Shown one piece after another: positions 12,828-24,561 of a stretch of 64,000 nucleotides of DNA (its first letter is position 1; each line of letters begins with the position of its first letter). Under the pieces are notes generated by a model that saw nothing but the letters and a program-made list of their open reading frames with translations, did not search any database and had not been told where the DNA came from. Source of the DNA: Octopus sinensis (lineage: Eukaryota). Made by a program: the position numbers and the translations under genes. The stretch covers positions 1 to 64,000 of the forward strand of contig NW_021832227.1 in assembly GCF_006345805.1 (NCBI RefSeq), written 5' to 3'.

Positions 12828-13980
12828 TGTCACAGTCCAGGGCTGCGAGACGCCAGGGCTGCGAGGTTTTGAAAATATTAATAATTTTTAAAAAAATTAC
12901 ATTTCTGAAGTTCTTTTGTTGATCTCGTCAATAAATATCTGAAATTATTAATTTGTTCTTAATTATTTCAGAGATTGTGATTTCATGAAAACCAACATAT
13001 CACCAAAATCATTGATTTAACGTAGCGTTTTTTGATTCTATTAAAAAATTCACGGAAAATGGTTAACCAAACTAATTTTTGCGACGAAATTTATTAAAAA
13101 TATTAATTAAAATTTATAATATTAAACTTATAAGACTAAACTAACCGACAGCCCTACGGGCAGATCTTTTAGCTTGCTACTAGACCCTATGCGGCCTTCG
13201 GCCGCGGTATTTTTGATACCCTAACTTTCTAGAGAGGTATTTTTCCAAAACATTCTCTTAGACTCAAAAAATAAAAATCAAAAAATTAAGGAAATTTAAG
13301 TTATTACAACTTTTTTACCCTAACCCTAACCTAACCCTTAAATCAACAAGATCTACGATGTACCGGTCTCTCGGTGCATAAGCAATGATAGGCGTAATTA
13401 TAGGTTTGGTAGCAAGCATTCTTTTAGACTAAACTTGTTAAAAAAAATAAATAACCTGACAATAAACGCATTTAGATACCACAGTGGCAACTTCACTACG
13501 TCTTGCACCATAAATCGTCAGTGACAATAAACAATATAATTTATCTCGTCCAAAAAGGTTTAAATTGTGTTGAGCCTAATTTAAATCAGGAAATATCAAA
13601 CTTCAATGTATTTGAGCTTCAATTCAGCTTCCTCGATACAAAAGAATCGCAACTCTCGACCATTTTTAGCAATGTAGGCTGCGGAATTCTTGAAAGTGAA
13701 ACTTTCGGCATATCGCTTGATTTTTGCCTTTTCCCTCCAGTCGATGCATTCATCTAGTAGTCCGGATTCACTGAAATTCTTAATTTTTTGAATTGTTTCA
13801 AGTGTTAATTCCACTAGAACCATTTTTATAATTAATATTTAAATTAAAATTATATAATAAGTTTTATTTTTTTATTATTAATAATTTTTTCCAATGAAAA
13901 GTTTTCTAAAAAAATATTTTTTTTGCATTTTAAGCATTGACCTCGCAGCCCTGGACGGCTCGCAGCCCTGGACTGTGACA
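12828..13980 (-). mobile_element. Ginger-type (TGT...ACA) DNA transposon, deletion derivative
   Basis: About 39-bp TIRs TGTCACAGTCCAGGGCTGCGAG and 5-bp TSD TAAAA. Spliced integrase N-terminus QHNLNLFGRDKL...CVYCQ-SKRMLATKPIITPI...RYIVDLVD with 26- and 27-nt introns. Confidence 0.85.
13151..13338 (-). mobile_element. Helitron-like 3' terminus plus (TTAGGG)-like tract nested in the Ginger element
   Basis: On the minus strand, hairpin GCGGCCGAAGGCCGC, then 7 nt, then CTAG|T. A second hairpin GCCCGTAGGGC follows. GGTTAGGTTAGGGTTAGGGT lies at 13316-13338. Confidence 0.45.
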
Positions 13981-14109
13981 TAAAATATAAATACATATAG
14001 AAAGAAATAAACATAGATAAACAAAAATATGTACATTAGAGAGTTATTTAGTTGAAAACTCACATTTTGACGAAACTGTGTTAAGTTTTGATTGAGTCAT
14101 TTCACTAAT

Positions 14110-14345
14110 TTCTAAAATTTTCCCCAATAGTCTTCTTTTAGGCATAATTTACTGGTATACATAATGTTCCCACAGTAACAGAAAATATGCAAATACACTG
14201 AATTGGACGATTTTTACATTTCTAAAATTTCCCCTAATCCTCCAATAGTCTTCTTTTAGGCATACTAGTATTCTACTGGTAAACATAATGTTTTCACATT
14301 AATAGAAAATGTGCAAATACATTAGAACTGGACGACTTTTACATT
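14110..14345. repeat. Degenerate tandem duplication (two units of about 115-125 bp)
   Basis: CCAATAGTCTTCTTTTAGGCATA...ACATAATGTT...GCAAATACA...GGACGA occurs twice. Confidence 0.7.
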
Positions 14346-14523
14346 GATATGGATCTAAATCTGGAATAATATAACTGAGATGATAGTCTGAAATCAAAAA
14401 GTATAAAGGACGTTTTTCCATTACAAAACAATTAAAAACAAAACGGAAAATACCTAAAAACTATTCAAAATATAGCCATGCTAAGAAAAAAACCGTATTT
14501 TTGTATCTCAAATGAATTATCAC

Positions 14524-16404
14524 TAGGGCAATTTTTTTCAGGCACTTAAAATTTATTTTTAGGACCTTAAAAATAGGCATTTTAGGACTTTATTTTTAAT
14601 TTTTAGGACTTTATTCTACATTTTTAGGCACATTTTAATAAGGTATTAAATCAAAAAGTCGTAAAAAATTATTTGTTATAGTAAGGTATTAAATAATTTT
14701 TGACATTTTCCGCATTGAAACCTCTATCTTTAGTAATTAATTTTTTAAGCATAGAAAATGCTCTTTCAACGGTTGATGATGTACACTGACATTTTCTTAT
14801 TAGTCCATATTCTTCAGGGGAGATATTACTTTTCTCCATTTCTATAATTGATTCTATGTCATTTTTGTGTAATCTTTTTTGTATGTATTCATTTATTTCT
14901 GCATTATCAGACGGAAATTTTAACAAACAAAGATCTGAATGTGCATCATTTATTGTATAACTTGTGGATTCCATTTTTTTCAATATTTGATTAAGTATCT
15001 GATAATTTTCATTTATTTCCATTAGACTTTTTCTTAAGGTTGGCGATTCAATTGCTTGTTTTACTTTTTTAACTAATATTCCGTCGTCTTTGAAATTCTC
15101 CACAATTTCAGCAATTGATACAAAATTATTTGCATAATAGTATGCTGCTTGCAGCCAACTACCCCATCTAGTTATGATGACGTCGGGCGGATAACCAATT
15201 GTAGAAAACATTTTTTTCTAGTTTTGTTTTTCACTATTGATGTCTTTATAGTCGCAATAAGATTATCAACGTCCGAATAATACGCCTTTACTCTGAGACA
15301 GCAATTATGTAACAAATGTGCAACACATGTTACATGGAACATCCTAGGATAAAGCATTTTCAATGTTTTTCCGGCTAAAAATAATTCAACAAACTACCCA
15401 AAATCATATACGGGGCTGCATCAGAAAGAAAAAGAAGAAAATTATTGCGTATAATCTCGAATTTTTTAATCTCTTCATCGATAATCTGAAGAATTGTGTT
15501 AGCAGTTACAGATTCATATAAAGGTTCACACGAAATTAAATAGGTCTTCTCTGGATAAGCGATATTCCCAATGAGAACAACTACAAACTTCTGTCCATTT
15601 ACGTCACCCTCGTCAACAACCATAAAAATCTTTTGAGATCTAAAAATTAATCATTTGTTAACCTTAGATCACTTTTATACTTGGATAATTTTTGTTCACT
15701 GATTGCAGGAATACAATTGCGACAGGCTGACTGGGAAGGAAGCGAAATATTCAATTTTTCAAACAATCCCTTTAAGCTTGGATTATTGAGCTTATGAAGA
15801 GGAATGTTTGCTTCAGAAAAGGCTTTGGCAACTTCCATCGGCATACTCTGAAAGTCTTCCGTTTCGGTTTGACCGTTGAATAGGGAATCTAAGGATTGTT
15901 GGAATCCTTCATTGTTATCTAAAAAAAATAATTTTAAATTACTCAAAAGCTTTAGATGTTTTGTAGATTGTCTATGCTGATCAATATAATATTTTTTTGA
16001 TGCATTGACGTAGATCATACATATTTTACAATATAGACTGCCTTTAATCACTGTGAATTCTTTTACGTAAGTTTCATAGGCTTTTAGAGCTTTAGACTTT
16101 ATTGTAGAACGTACACGTGGCATTTGAACACAAAAAAGTAATTTATAGCGTGCCTAATTTGTTATTTTTAAAATATTTTTTTGTAACATTTAAAAATAAT
16201 TTATTTTAAAAATTTTTAAGACCTTAAAAAAATTTTTTAGGACCTTAAAAAAATTTTTTAGGACCTTAACAATTTTTTAAGCATTTAAGGCATTTATAAC
16301 TCGTTGTAGATAAATCTATTTTAATTAAATTATAGCTTAAATTAATTATTTAAATAAATAGACCTTTTGGTGCAAAAAGGCATTTTAGGCAAAAAATTGC
16401 CCTA
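14524..16404 (-). mobile_element. Near-intact hAT transposon (CGGBP1-like) encoding a spliced transposase of about 469 aa
   Basis: TIR TAGGGCAATTTTT and 8-bp TSD ATTATCAC. BED finger (CKIC...H...H), VDE, SDAAPYM, CVAH, TRWGSW and VERAFS motifs. Two 23-nt introns (15640-15662, 15375-15397) and one 1-bp homopolymer frameshift near 15215. Confidence 0.92.
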
Positions 16405-16602
16405 ATTATCACTAAACGCGTATCATATGGGTATTTTTTGAAGGGTTTTTGTTAAAAAATTGAATTCAAAGCTTTGCTTAAATACGATAAGAACTTTTTT
16501 ACTGAAGGAAAAAATAAATTTCAGAGTTTTGTCTCCAAAAAATGTGATGATCAGAGAAATACTTTTCTGCTAAAAAAGTCGGAAATTTGATCATATTAAA
16601 TA

Positions 16603-16910
16603 TTTTTTTTTTTTTTTTTTGGAAAAAATTATTTATTTTAATGAAAATTTTTCATTATTAATAATGTCAGTTAATAAATTCAGAGAAGAGATTGATTTGA
16701 GAAATCAATTGAGGAAGCCCGCTGCCTGTATGGAAAGCGAGTTCCCTTGGAGTATGGCTATTCCGATCCTTTGTCTTAGCCATACTCCTTCACGAGGATC
16801 ATTTTTCTTTGTGGCGAGCATTCTTCCGAGTTCGCGCAAGAACTCGGCAGTCGCTGGGCCAACAGCTCCTGATGACTCAGCCGCAACAGGGGTGAATCTG
16901 TAGCGGTCCC
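16603..16910 (-). mobile_element. 5'-truncated CRE retrotransposon with poly(A) tail
   Basis: RYRFTPVAAESSGAVGP...NDPREGVWLRQRIGIAILQGN, followed by a 3' UTR and an A18 tail (T-run 16603-16620). Confidence 0.82.
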
Positions 16911-17149
16911 ATTTAAAGATATATATATTTTAAAGATATATTTGTACATTCGTCGATTTAAAATAAAAAATTCAAATAATAAAAACTACCAAAACCGCAA
17001 ATAACATTAAGTAATAAACTGTTTTTCTGTGTTCTACATGTAATAAAATATGTAATTTATTTACATCATATTTTATATATTCTGCTGCCGTATGCATATC
17101 AAAAATGCCATTTTTATTGACACGAAAATAAAAATTCGTTTTATTTTAA

Positions 17150-18200
17150 CATTTTCTATTCACATTATGCTTCAACATATAATTGTAAACATTCAAAACA
17201 ATGATTAATTTGACATATCTGTATCTTTACGCAAATTAAATTAATTATTGGCTATGTCATATAAATTTACGTTGGTTTAATCCTCAGAAGAAACCTATAA
17301 AAAGTTAAAAAGTCTTATAACAGAAAAATAGTTTCTATTCCAATAAATCTCTGTTCTCCTGTTGGCTATGTAATCGAAATCAGTGTTCATTTTCCTCAAA
17401 AGAAATCTATAAAATTTAAAAAATCTTATTACAAGAGGAGAGTTTCTGTTCCAGTTCATCTCCCATCTCCTGTTGGCTATGTAATCAAAATTGGTGTTCA
17501 TTTTCCTCAGAAGAAACCTATAAAAAGTTTAAAAAATCTTATTACAAGAGGAGAGTTTCTGTTCCAGTTTATCTCTGGTCTCCTATTACAAAGGGGGAAT
17601 TACGATAATTTAATAATCGCTTATTATAACACTTCCTATTAACATTATCCTCCTACATAGCATTGCAGACATTCAAAGCAATGATTAAATCGATATATTC
17701 CCAGATCAAACACTATTTTTTTTCTTTTCAAATCCGTAAATTGATGTTCGTTATCCTCTCAGGTGAAATCTTAAAAAGTTAAAAAAATCTTATTACAGGA
17801 GGAGAGTTTTTTCCAGTTTATCTCTCGTCTCCTGTTGACTATGTCATAGAAATCGGTGTTCATTCTCCTCAGAAGAAACCTATAAGTTGAAAAATCTTAT
17901 TACAGGAGACTTCCCGTCCCAGTTTATCTCTGGTCTCCTATTACGGTTTTTAGCGGAGATGAAGAAAATTTAATATTACGTTTGTTCGGTTTTTAGCGTG
18001 GTCTTGGTGATTTAATAAATAAATATTACAAAGGGGAGATGAAGAAAATTGAATAATCGCTTGTTATTTACTATTAACATTATGCTCCTACATATCATTG
18101 CAGAAATTCAAAGCAATAATTAAATTGACATACTCTTTCTTTTCAAATCTATAAATTTTGCGGCATTTTTTGAATTTTTGATTGCTTGATATCAATAAAT
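17150..18200. repeat. Degenerate tandem repeat with about 110-bp units plus a second longer unit type
   Basis: Repeated CTCAGAAGAAACCTATAA...ATCTTATTACA.GAG...CCAGTT...CTCCTGTTG.CTATGT. Confidence 0.8.
17980..18021 (+). mobile_element. 42-bp LINE 3' UTR insertion with 8-bp TSD
   Basis: TTTGTTCGGTTTTTAGCGTGGTCTTGGTGATTTAATAAATA matches the 3' UTR of the LINE at 35186-35232 and is flanked by AATATTAC on both sides. Confidence 0.75.
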
Positions 18201-18569
18201 TCAATTTACAGGAGCTTTCAAATTTTTCTTTCTTCAAAATTGCTATTTCAACGTCATTTTCCTGCTCTCCTTGGGATCTTAAAATCAAAAAACAATAAAA
18301 AACTTGGAAATTGAACTCATAACAAACAAAGACAAATTTTTTAGCTGAAATTTAGTCAAACTTTAGCATTCAATTATTTTGCTCACATTGCCATATGAAA
18401 AAATGATAAAAATCAAATATTGTTTAATTTTTCATTTATATTATTTATTTTCAATAAAAATCATATTGAATTTTTTTCTAAAAAGAATAAAATATTTAAA
18501 AATCTAAATTTCAGTGTTTGCTTACTAATCAATTTTATTAATTTACGAATAATGGGAATTTCGGTATCA

Positions 18570-19330
18570 AAACCGAGAAAATCTAATCCAGGCAGACATT
18601 CAATTTTTATAAATAGATAGAACTAGCGATCCCTTATTTTCCTTTGACCCTCCACCAAATTTCCGAGCCTCAAGGTCCCGTTTTTCCCGTCGATCAATTC
18701 GATCAAATTTTTCAATGAAGAGACATCGACTTTCATATTTATCTTATTCACAAAAATTACAACTATGGGCGGGAGATGAAGATCTCGTGGCAAACTCTAA
18801 TTGTTCCTTCTTAGCCAAAGTAAATAAGCCTTTCTAAACCCCAGTACATCGGATCGGCTCTTTTGGAATCTTCAAAAAACACAAAAGTTTGTCAAGAAAT
18901 GTTTTTAAGTCTCAAAAAAGTGATTTCTGGTTGATTTATTTCAAGAAATGCCAAGAACGTGTATTTGTGGAAATAAAAATAACCCCAGAATGGATCAGAG
19001 TTATCGACAGTGTTCATAATGTATAATTTATAATCATTTTAGTCAGTCCTGTTCGATCAAATCATTTCAAAAATATCATTTTGTTGCCCCATCAGTACTC
19101 ACTGGAAGGGATTTGCCTACGTTGTTTGCGACGGGTCGACCAGGACTTATCAAATGTACTGTTTCTCTGCTATAAATGAGTCGGTAGCCTATAATTTGGC
19201 TTGATTCGTAGGGAGCACGTATTTCTAATGCTTTTGGGTACGCATTTCGAATGATGTACGAACTATCGCAGCCCAGAGAATCTGAATCTATAAGTAGCCC
19301 GCATTTTGCGATTTTTTAGGCTCATGAGGG
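18570..19330 (-). CDS. Putative unidentified intron-containing gene, head-to-head with PCMTD1
   Basis: GC-elevated, coding-like stretches with GT-AG micro-intron candidates (for example ...FIEKFDRIDRREKRDLEARKFGGGSKENK). The full frame was not resolved. Confidence 0.3.
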
Positions 19331-19700
19331 GGGAATATGCTAATAATTATTAACTATTTATATTTTAAACATTATTTTTAAGACATGTGGTTAGATATTT
19401 GGCGTGAAATTAATACGTTTTTGGTTAATTAATAAATTTTTGTAAAATATAACAATTGTTTAAATATGATTTTAATATTTTATCTAGTGATAAATCTTGG
19501 ATTTTATTGATATTTTTATATTTTATTTTGAAATTTGAAATATTGATTTTTAAATATATTACTACACTCTATTTAAAAATCCAAGACAGCTTATAATTAC
19601 AGAATATTTCAAAAAATATTCCAAGTAAAATTAATCCTTGTTATTATTTAATTATCTTAAATTAAAATCAAATAAAAATAATAATAAATAAAGTTTGTTA

Positions 19701-20852
19701 ATGGGGAATACTGTTTATAAACGAAACAACGATGAGGTGGTGGATGACTTATGCCTTCAAACGGAATTTTCCTACGAGATTGAAATGGCACTAAGGATAG
19801 TCGACAGAGGATTTTTTGCTCAACTAACCGAACCCAAGTTGATATATTCCTTCAATCCTCTGACAAACGGACTCGTCCACATCTCTAGTCCCACCATTTA
19901 TGCCATTGCCCTAAAACACCTCGATATCAGACCCGGGAACAGTTTTCTCAACATTGGCTCAGGTTCGGGGTATTTTTCTACCATTGTCGGCTTTTTGCTC
20001 GGTATGCCTCCTCAGTAGTATAAAACGAGGTACATTTGGGACAAATCACGGAATCGAACAGAATCTTGACATGGTGGAATATTCGAGGGGCCGAGTCCAC
20101 GAATTCAAACTCAAAAATCCATTTTTTGATATGTTTGATTTCTGTGAGCCCAAATTCTACTGGGGAAATGCATTTTCCATAAATTTTGATAATTTTCCGC
20201 CAATTTTATATGACCGGATATACGTCGGGGCTAACGTTCCTTCACAATTCCGTGATTTTTTCATTTCGTTGTTAAACATTAACGGACTATTGATCCAGCC
20301 CTATTCAGGAAATGTACACATTCTTAAAAATATCAAAAAAATAGTTTATTTTGATAAAAAGACTCGATTATGACAGATTTGAATATTCCAATGTCCTCGA
20401 AGTCACTTTTACAGAAATGGTCAGACCCTCTGACGTCACAAACGTGGTACTTCCAGGTAAAACTGATTTTTAAAGTCCCAGAGCGTAATGTGCCTTCTTT
20501 GATGGAGATTTGCCGAGATGCGATTCGCGGAGATCTCCGGGAAAAAATCACGTGTCACCTCGGTCACCAGTATGTCCCACTCCGTCGGCTTTATTTTGAG
20601 TCTACAAGAGGTAGTAGAGCCTCAAAAATGACAGAAGAAGATATAAGAACGAGTGTTGATGTTTTCGGGTTTTTGGGGGATGAACGACGGTTTGTGGTGC
20701 TGCCGGATTCCCCTGAAGAACCGAGTTGTGCGGAGTTTGAATATAAGGGGGACGATGAGCCGTATGTTGACTTGATGAGTCGGTTTGTGTCTGCCTTGCC
20801 TGTGCATTATGCGCTAAAACAATTTCTAATGTACTCTCGATTATTGTTTTAG
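19701..20852 (+). CDS. PCMTD1: PCMTD1/2-like protein; exons 19701-20001, 20030-20313, 20345-20456, 20476-20852 (357 aa)
   Basis: MG start, SFLNIGSGSGY, NHGIE, YDRIYVGA, BC box PSLMEICRDAIR and C-terminal LPVHYALKQFLMY. Introns of 28, 31 and 19 nt give one continuous frame. Confidence 0.92.
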
Positions 20853-21289
20853 TGTTGATTGGATTCGATATTTAAACTTTATTTCATTTATTGTATAACG
20901 TGTAGGAAAGATGACTAAATTTTAGGAAATGACTAAATTGGCGAGTATTTGATTGAATTTAGAGAGAACAGTCGGCATACAGAACTAAAAACGGTAGAAA
21001 TCATATTTGGATGTTCACTAACAACTGTAATTGAAGCTAACTATTGATTGACTGTAACGCTGGAACAAGTCTATAATCCAAAATAGTATTGAATATATAA
21101 AAATCCTACAGGGAGTATATTTCCGTAGAGAAATACTCCAAAAATTCATTATTGTCCTTTCTCGAAATTTTTAACTTTGATTTTGTTTCTTGGTATTATT
21201 TCCTCAAACGTAAAAAGTCCTACTATAACTAAATTTTTAAAAACTTTTATAAAATGAATTATTTAGTTCAGAACAACAAGTAATGATTA

Positions 21290-21870
21290 ATTTTTAATTA
21301 ATGCGCCTCTTCAAGCCAAAGCGAATCTCTTCGATGGGCACACTAATCTATCTTACAAGACCGACCGACTGTGGTTGCTCTCAAGTCCGACTTAATGGCC
21401 ATACTCTTCTAAGCCCTCTCCGTTGTTTGATTTGTAAACCAAGACTTTTAGCATTCTCTCGGCGGGATCATTCCAAACTTATGTTCTGTACGCTTATTCT
21501 CCAATGTTTTCCAGATAAACACTGACTAAAGTAGGCTAATTTATATCCTTTGAGACCGATTCAGTCGAAATGATGTTTATAGAATTTACTCACAACATGT
21601 CACATGTTAGTACCAATAGTACTACAGTTACCTCGTCGTTCTGGATTACTCCTAGTTATGTGAGAATGAAATCGTACTTGTTTGGAGCTATTGAACTTCA
21701 ACTTGCTTCAGGTTTTTTCGGAAGGTGATCCCGAACTCTATAAGAGTGATTATGTTCTTTATATTGTCAAGTACAAAGATATCTACTTTGTTAATCTCGA
21801 CCTTCGTTTTCGTATTTATTGTCGTGTCAATACAAATCTCTACAGATTTATTCGCGGTAAGTTACTTTTG
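21290..21870 (-). mobile_element. R4-like RLE retrotransposon 3' remnant
   Basis: INKVDIFVLD...TLIEFGIT...LKQVEV, the PD-(D/E)xK endonuclease region. Confidence 0.6.
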
Positions 21871-22099
21871 GATTTTTTAAATATTTTATATTTTTGATCG
21901 TTATTAAAATTTTTCGTTATCAAGACCAAACTTTCAATTTTTTAGACCATTATTTAAATTTTGTTTTCTTTTCATTCTCTGATAATACTTTCATAGTTAA
22001 TTTTAACATCAAAAATAAATATTTTTACACCTTAATTTAATTTAATTTTATATTCATTTTTACAATTCAATTTTGATATTTCTTCTAATTTGATCCTAT

Positions 22100-22600
22100 T
22101 ATTGGAAGTGTCTTGAGAGACTAAATTTCTGTAAAATGTTAAGGTAACTATTTTATTTTTGAATTCTTTACCGTTTTAATATTTGAAGAGATCCAGAATT
22201 TATAAATAAATCTTCTAACTAGGAATTCTTGCTTCAAATTAATGGCTTGGGAAAAGCAAAATTTTGAATAAATATCAATTACGTTAAAAAAATTTCAGAT
22301 CATCATTTTTTAAGACAAACTACTCAAATCTATTATATTTATTTAGTAACGCTCCTTTAGACCTTTCGTTTTAATGTTTATTAAAAGAATGTTCGCATTT
22401 AAAAACAGACTTTTACCATACGGCATATATTCAGCACAAACTTTTAGGATAATAGATCTCTTAATATTAAACAAATAGTTATCAACGTATCCTTTCCTTT
22501 TGTTTACTCCACAATTCGTTTTCAAATGCAAATTTAAATATTCAGGCTTTACAATTTTCACACGATCTTAAGGAACTACAATTTTTTGGTTCATCATTGA
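22100..22600 (-). mobile_element. Ginger-like integrase remnant
   Basis: HLKTNCGVNK (Zn-binding), NVIDIYSKF and NGKEFKNK. Confidence 0.55.
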
Positions 22601-22699
22601 TTATTAACCTAAAGTCTTTTAGTTAAAAACATTTTGTCTTATTTGAAAATTTTTGCTTCTTCATTCTAGTTGAACTTTTATCAATCGAATTGCATTCCA

Positions 22700-23560
22700 A
22701 ATAAGAAACAATGCTTTTGTATTTTCCAATAATTAGTACTAAATTTTTAAGCAGCATTCTTGACAAAAATGGGAACATCTAAATATCAAAGATGCATCGG
22801 TTTAAGCGAAGACATACTATTGGAATCCATTTATTGTCAGGTGAAAGTTCAAGCGTGGATCCTAAGACAGTTTATGATTGGATTGAAAAATCAAACGAAA
22901 TTTGTGACAAATATAATGGAAATGATATCTTTCCATTTCTAATTATGGACAACTGTCCATGCCACATTATTCCGACGTTATTGAATATTGAAGTGCACTT
23001 TTTGCCTCCAAAAACAACAAGTCACTTACAAACATTGGATTCCGGAGTAATACCTAGTTTAAGGCACATTACCGAAAATTACAGCTAAAACATATTATTA
23101 ACTAACTTAAAACAAGTAACAATTCGCATATTGGGCATATTGGGTTGGATGATGCAAGACGTTTTGTTGGAAAATCATGAAAAAGCGTAAACGAAGAAAC
23201 AATTAAAAACTGCTAGAGGCAAACCAAGATTTGCCATGTCGAAACAAATAACAGTGAAAATTCGAAAAAAGAAATTGTTGATCAAAATCTATTGAATCAA
23301 CATTGAATATTAATGATGAGATGGATGTCAACGAATATATTTTGGTGGATAGTAATGCTAAAACATACTGTCATATTGAAGAAGACCAAATATTTTCTAC
23401 ACTTCGGAGAATCAATGACAGTGATGAAGAAGACATAATAGAAGACTTTACTAAAAAAGACCTTCTAAAAATGAAATGGGTAATGATGGTTCGAAGTTAT
23501 GCTGCGCGGGATCGAGTTTACTCAAGGGATGTCGAAAAAAGCTTACAATATATTAAGCAT
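22700..23560 (+). mobile_element. pogo/Tigger transposase remnant, internally deleted
   Basis: HRFKRRH...SGESSSVD, LIMDNCPCH...FLPPKTTSHLQTLDSGVI, and an acidic tail. Confidence 0.72.
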
Positions 23561-23590
23561 AGTAAAAGGGAATATCGGAATTGTCTAAAA

Positions 23591-24122
23591 CAGCGGTTCT
23601 TAACCTTTTTCAAATTTTTGATAAAGTGTACCCCTTGGGGTACCCCCTATCGATTTTTAAATTTTTACATATCTTTTTTTGAGATAAATGATTTAATTAT
23701 AAAATATAAATTATTTTCTAACTAAACAAAATCAATAAAATATTTTATGCCGAAAAAGTGTAAAAGATTTAATTTTAATGAGATATTTGTTGTTGCTTTT
23801 CTACAAGTTTTCTAATATTCAAATCTATGTTGCTAAGAGCGATTCGCATATCATCTCCAACTTTCAATCGATTACGAGATTTATTTTTAATAAATGATAA
23901 ACAAGACATCGCAGTTTCGCATAAGTATGTTGTTAGATAAGGAATTAAATATTGCATACTAGCCATAGTCAATAACGAATACTTTGGAATCATTTTACTC
24001 CAAAATTCCATAAGTGTGCAAGCATTGAAACATATCTGAATAATCACAAAAATTGTTCCGCGTACCCCCTGGATCTTCTCGCGTACCCCCTAGGCACATG
24101 TACCCCCGGTTAAGAAACCCTG
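23591..24122 (-). mobile_element. Non-autonomous hAT (Buster/Charlie), 532 bp
   Basis: TIRs CAGCGGTTCTTAACC and GGTTAAGAAACCCTG, TSD GTCTAAAA, hATC remnant TTYLCETAMS...KNKSRNRL. Confidence 0.9.
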
Positions 24123-24561
24123 GTCTAAAAAATAGATGTAGACAGTTAACGATTATGGAGTTTTTAATAAATATTAAATATTTTGTGTTTAATTAATTTT
24201 AGGGGGGTGTTATAATGCCACCCCGTTTATTCCCATGAAGTTTCTTTTAAAATAGTTTCTTTTAAAAATTATCGAGTTTATTCTCTAATTGGCAATTTCT
24301 CAAATTGCCGAACAAAATTGAAGGAACCAAAAATGGCCAATTTGAGAGGGTTGAGTGTATTTGGTTTTTTTTTCGTGGAAATATAGAGAGGTATCATAGT
24401 AAAGACCGTGATAATTTATTCCAACAAGAAAAAAATATTTGACTTTAATATCATAATAAAATAATGTTAAATATATTTATTTAAGAAAAACTATTAGTTA
24501 ATAATATACTATTACAATTTATGTTTTGTTGACCTTTTTATTTTGTGTTACCACGAGTTTA

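Noticed and set aside
17280-17940. CRISPR-like array
   Set aside because: The units are long, degenerate and contiguous with no unique spacers. There are no cas genes and the context is eukaryotic.
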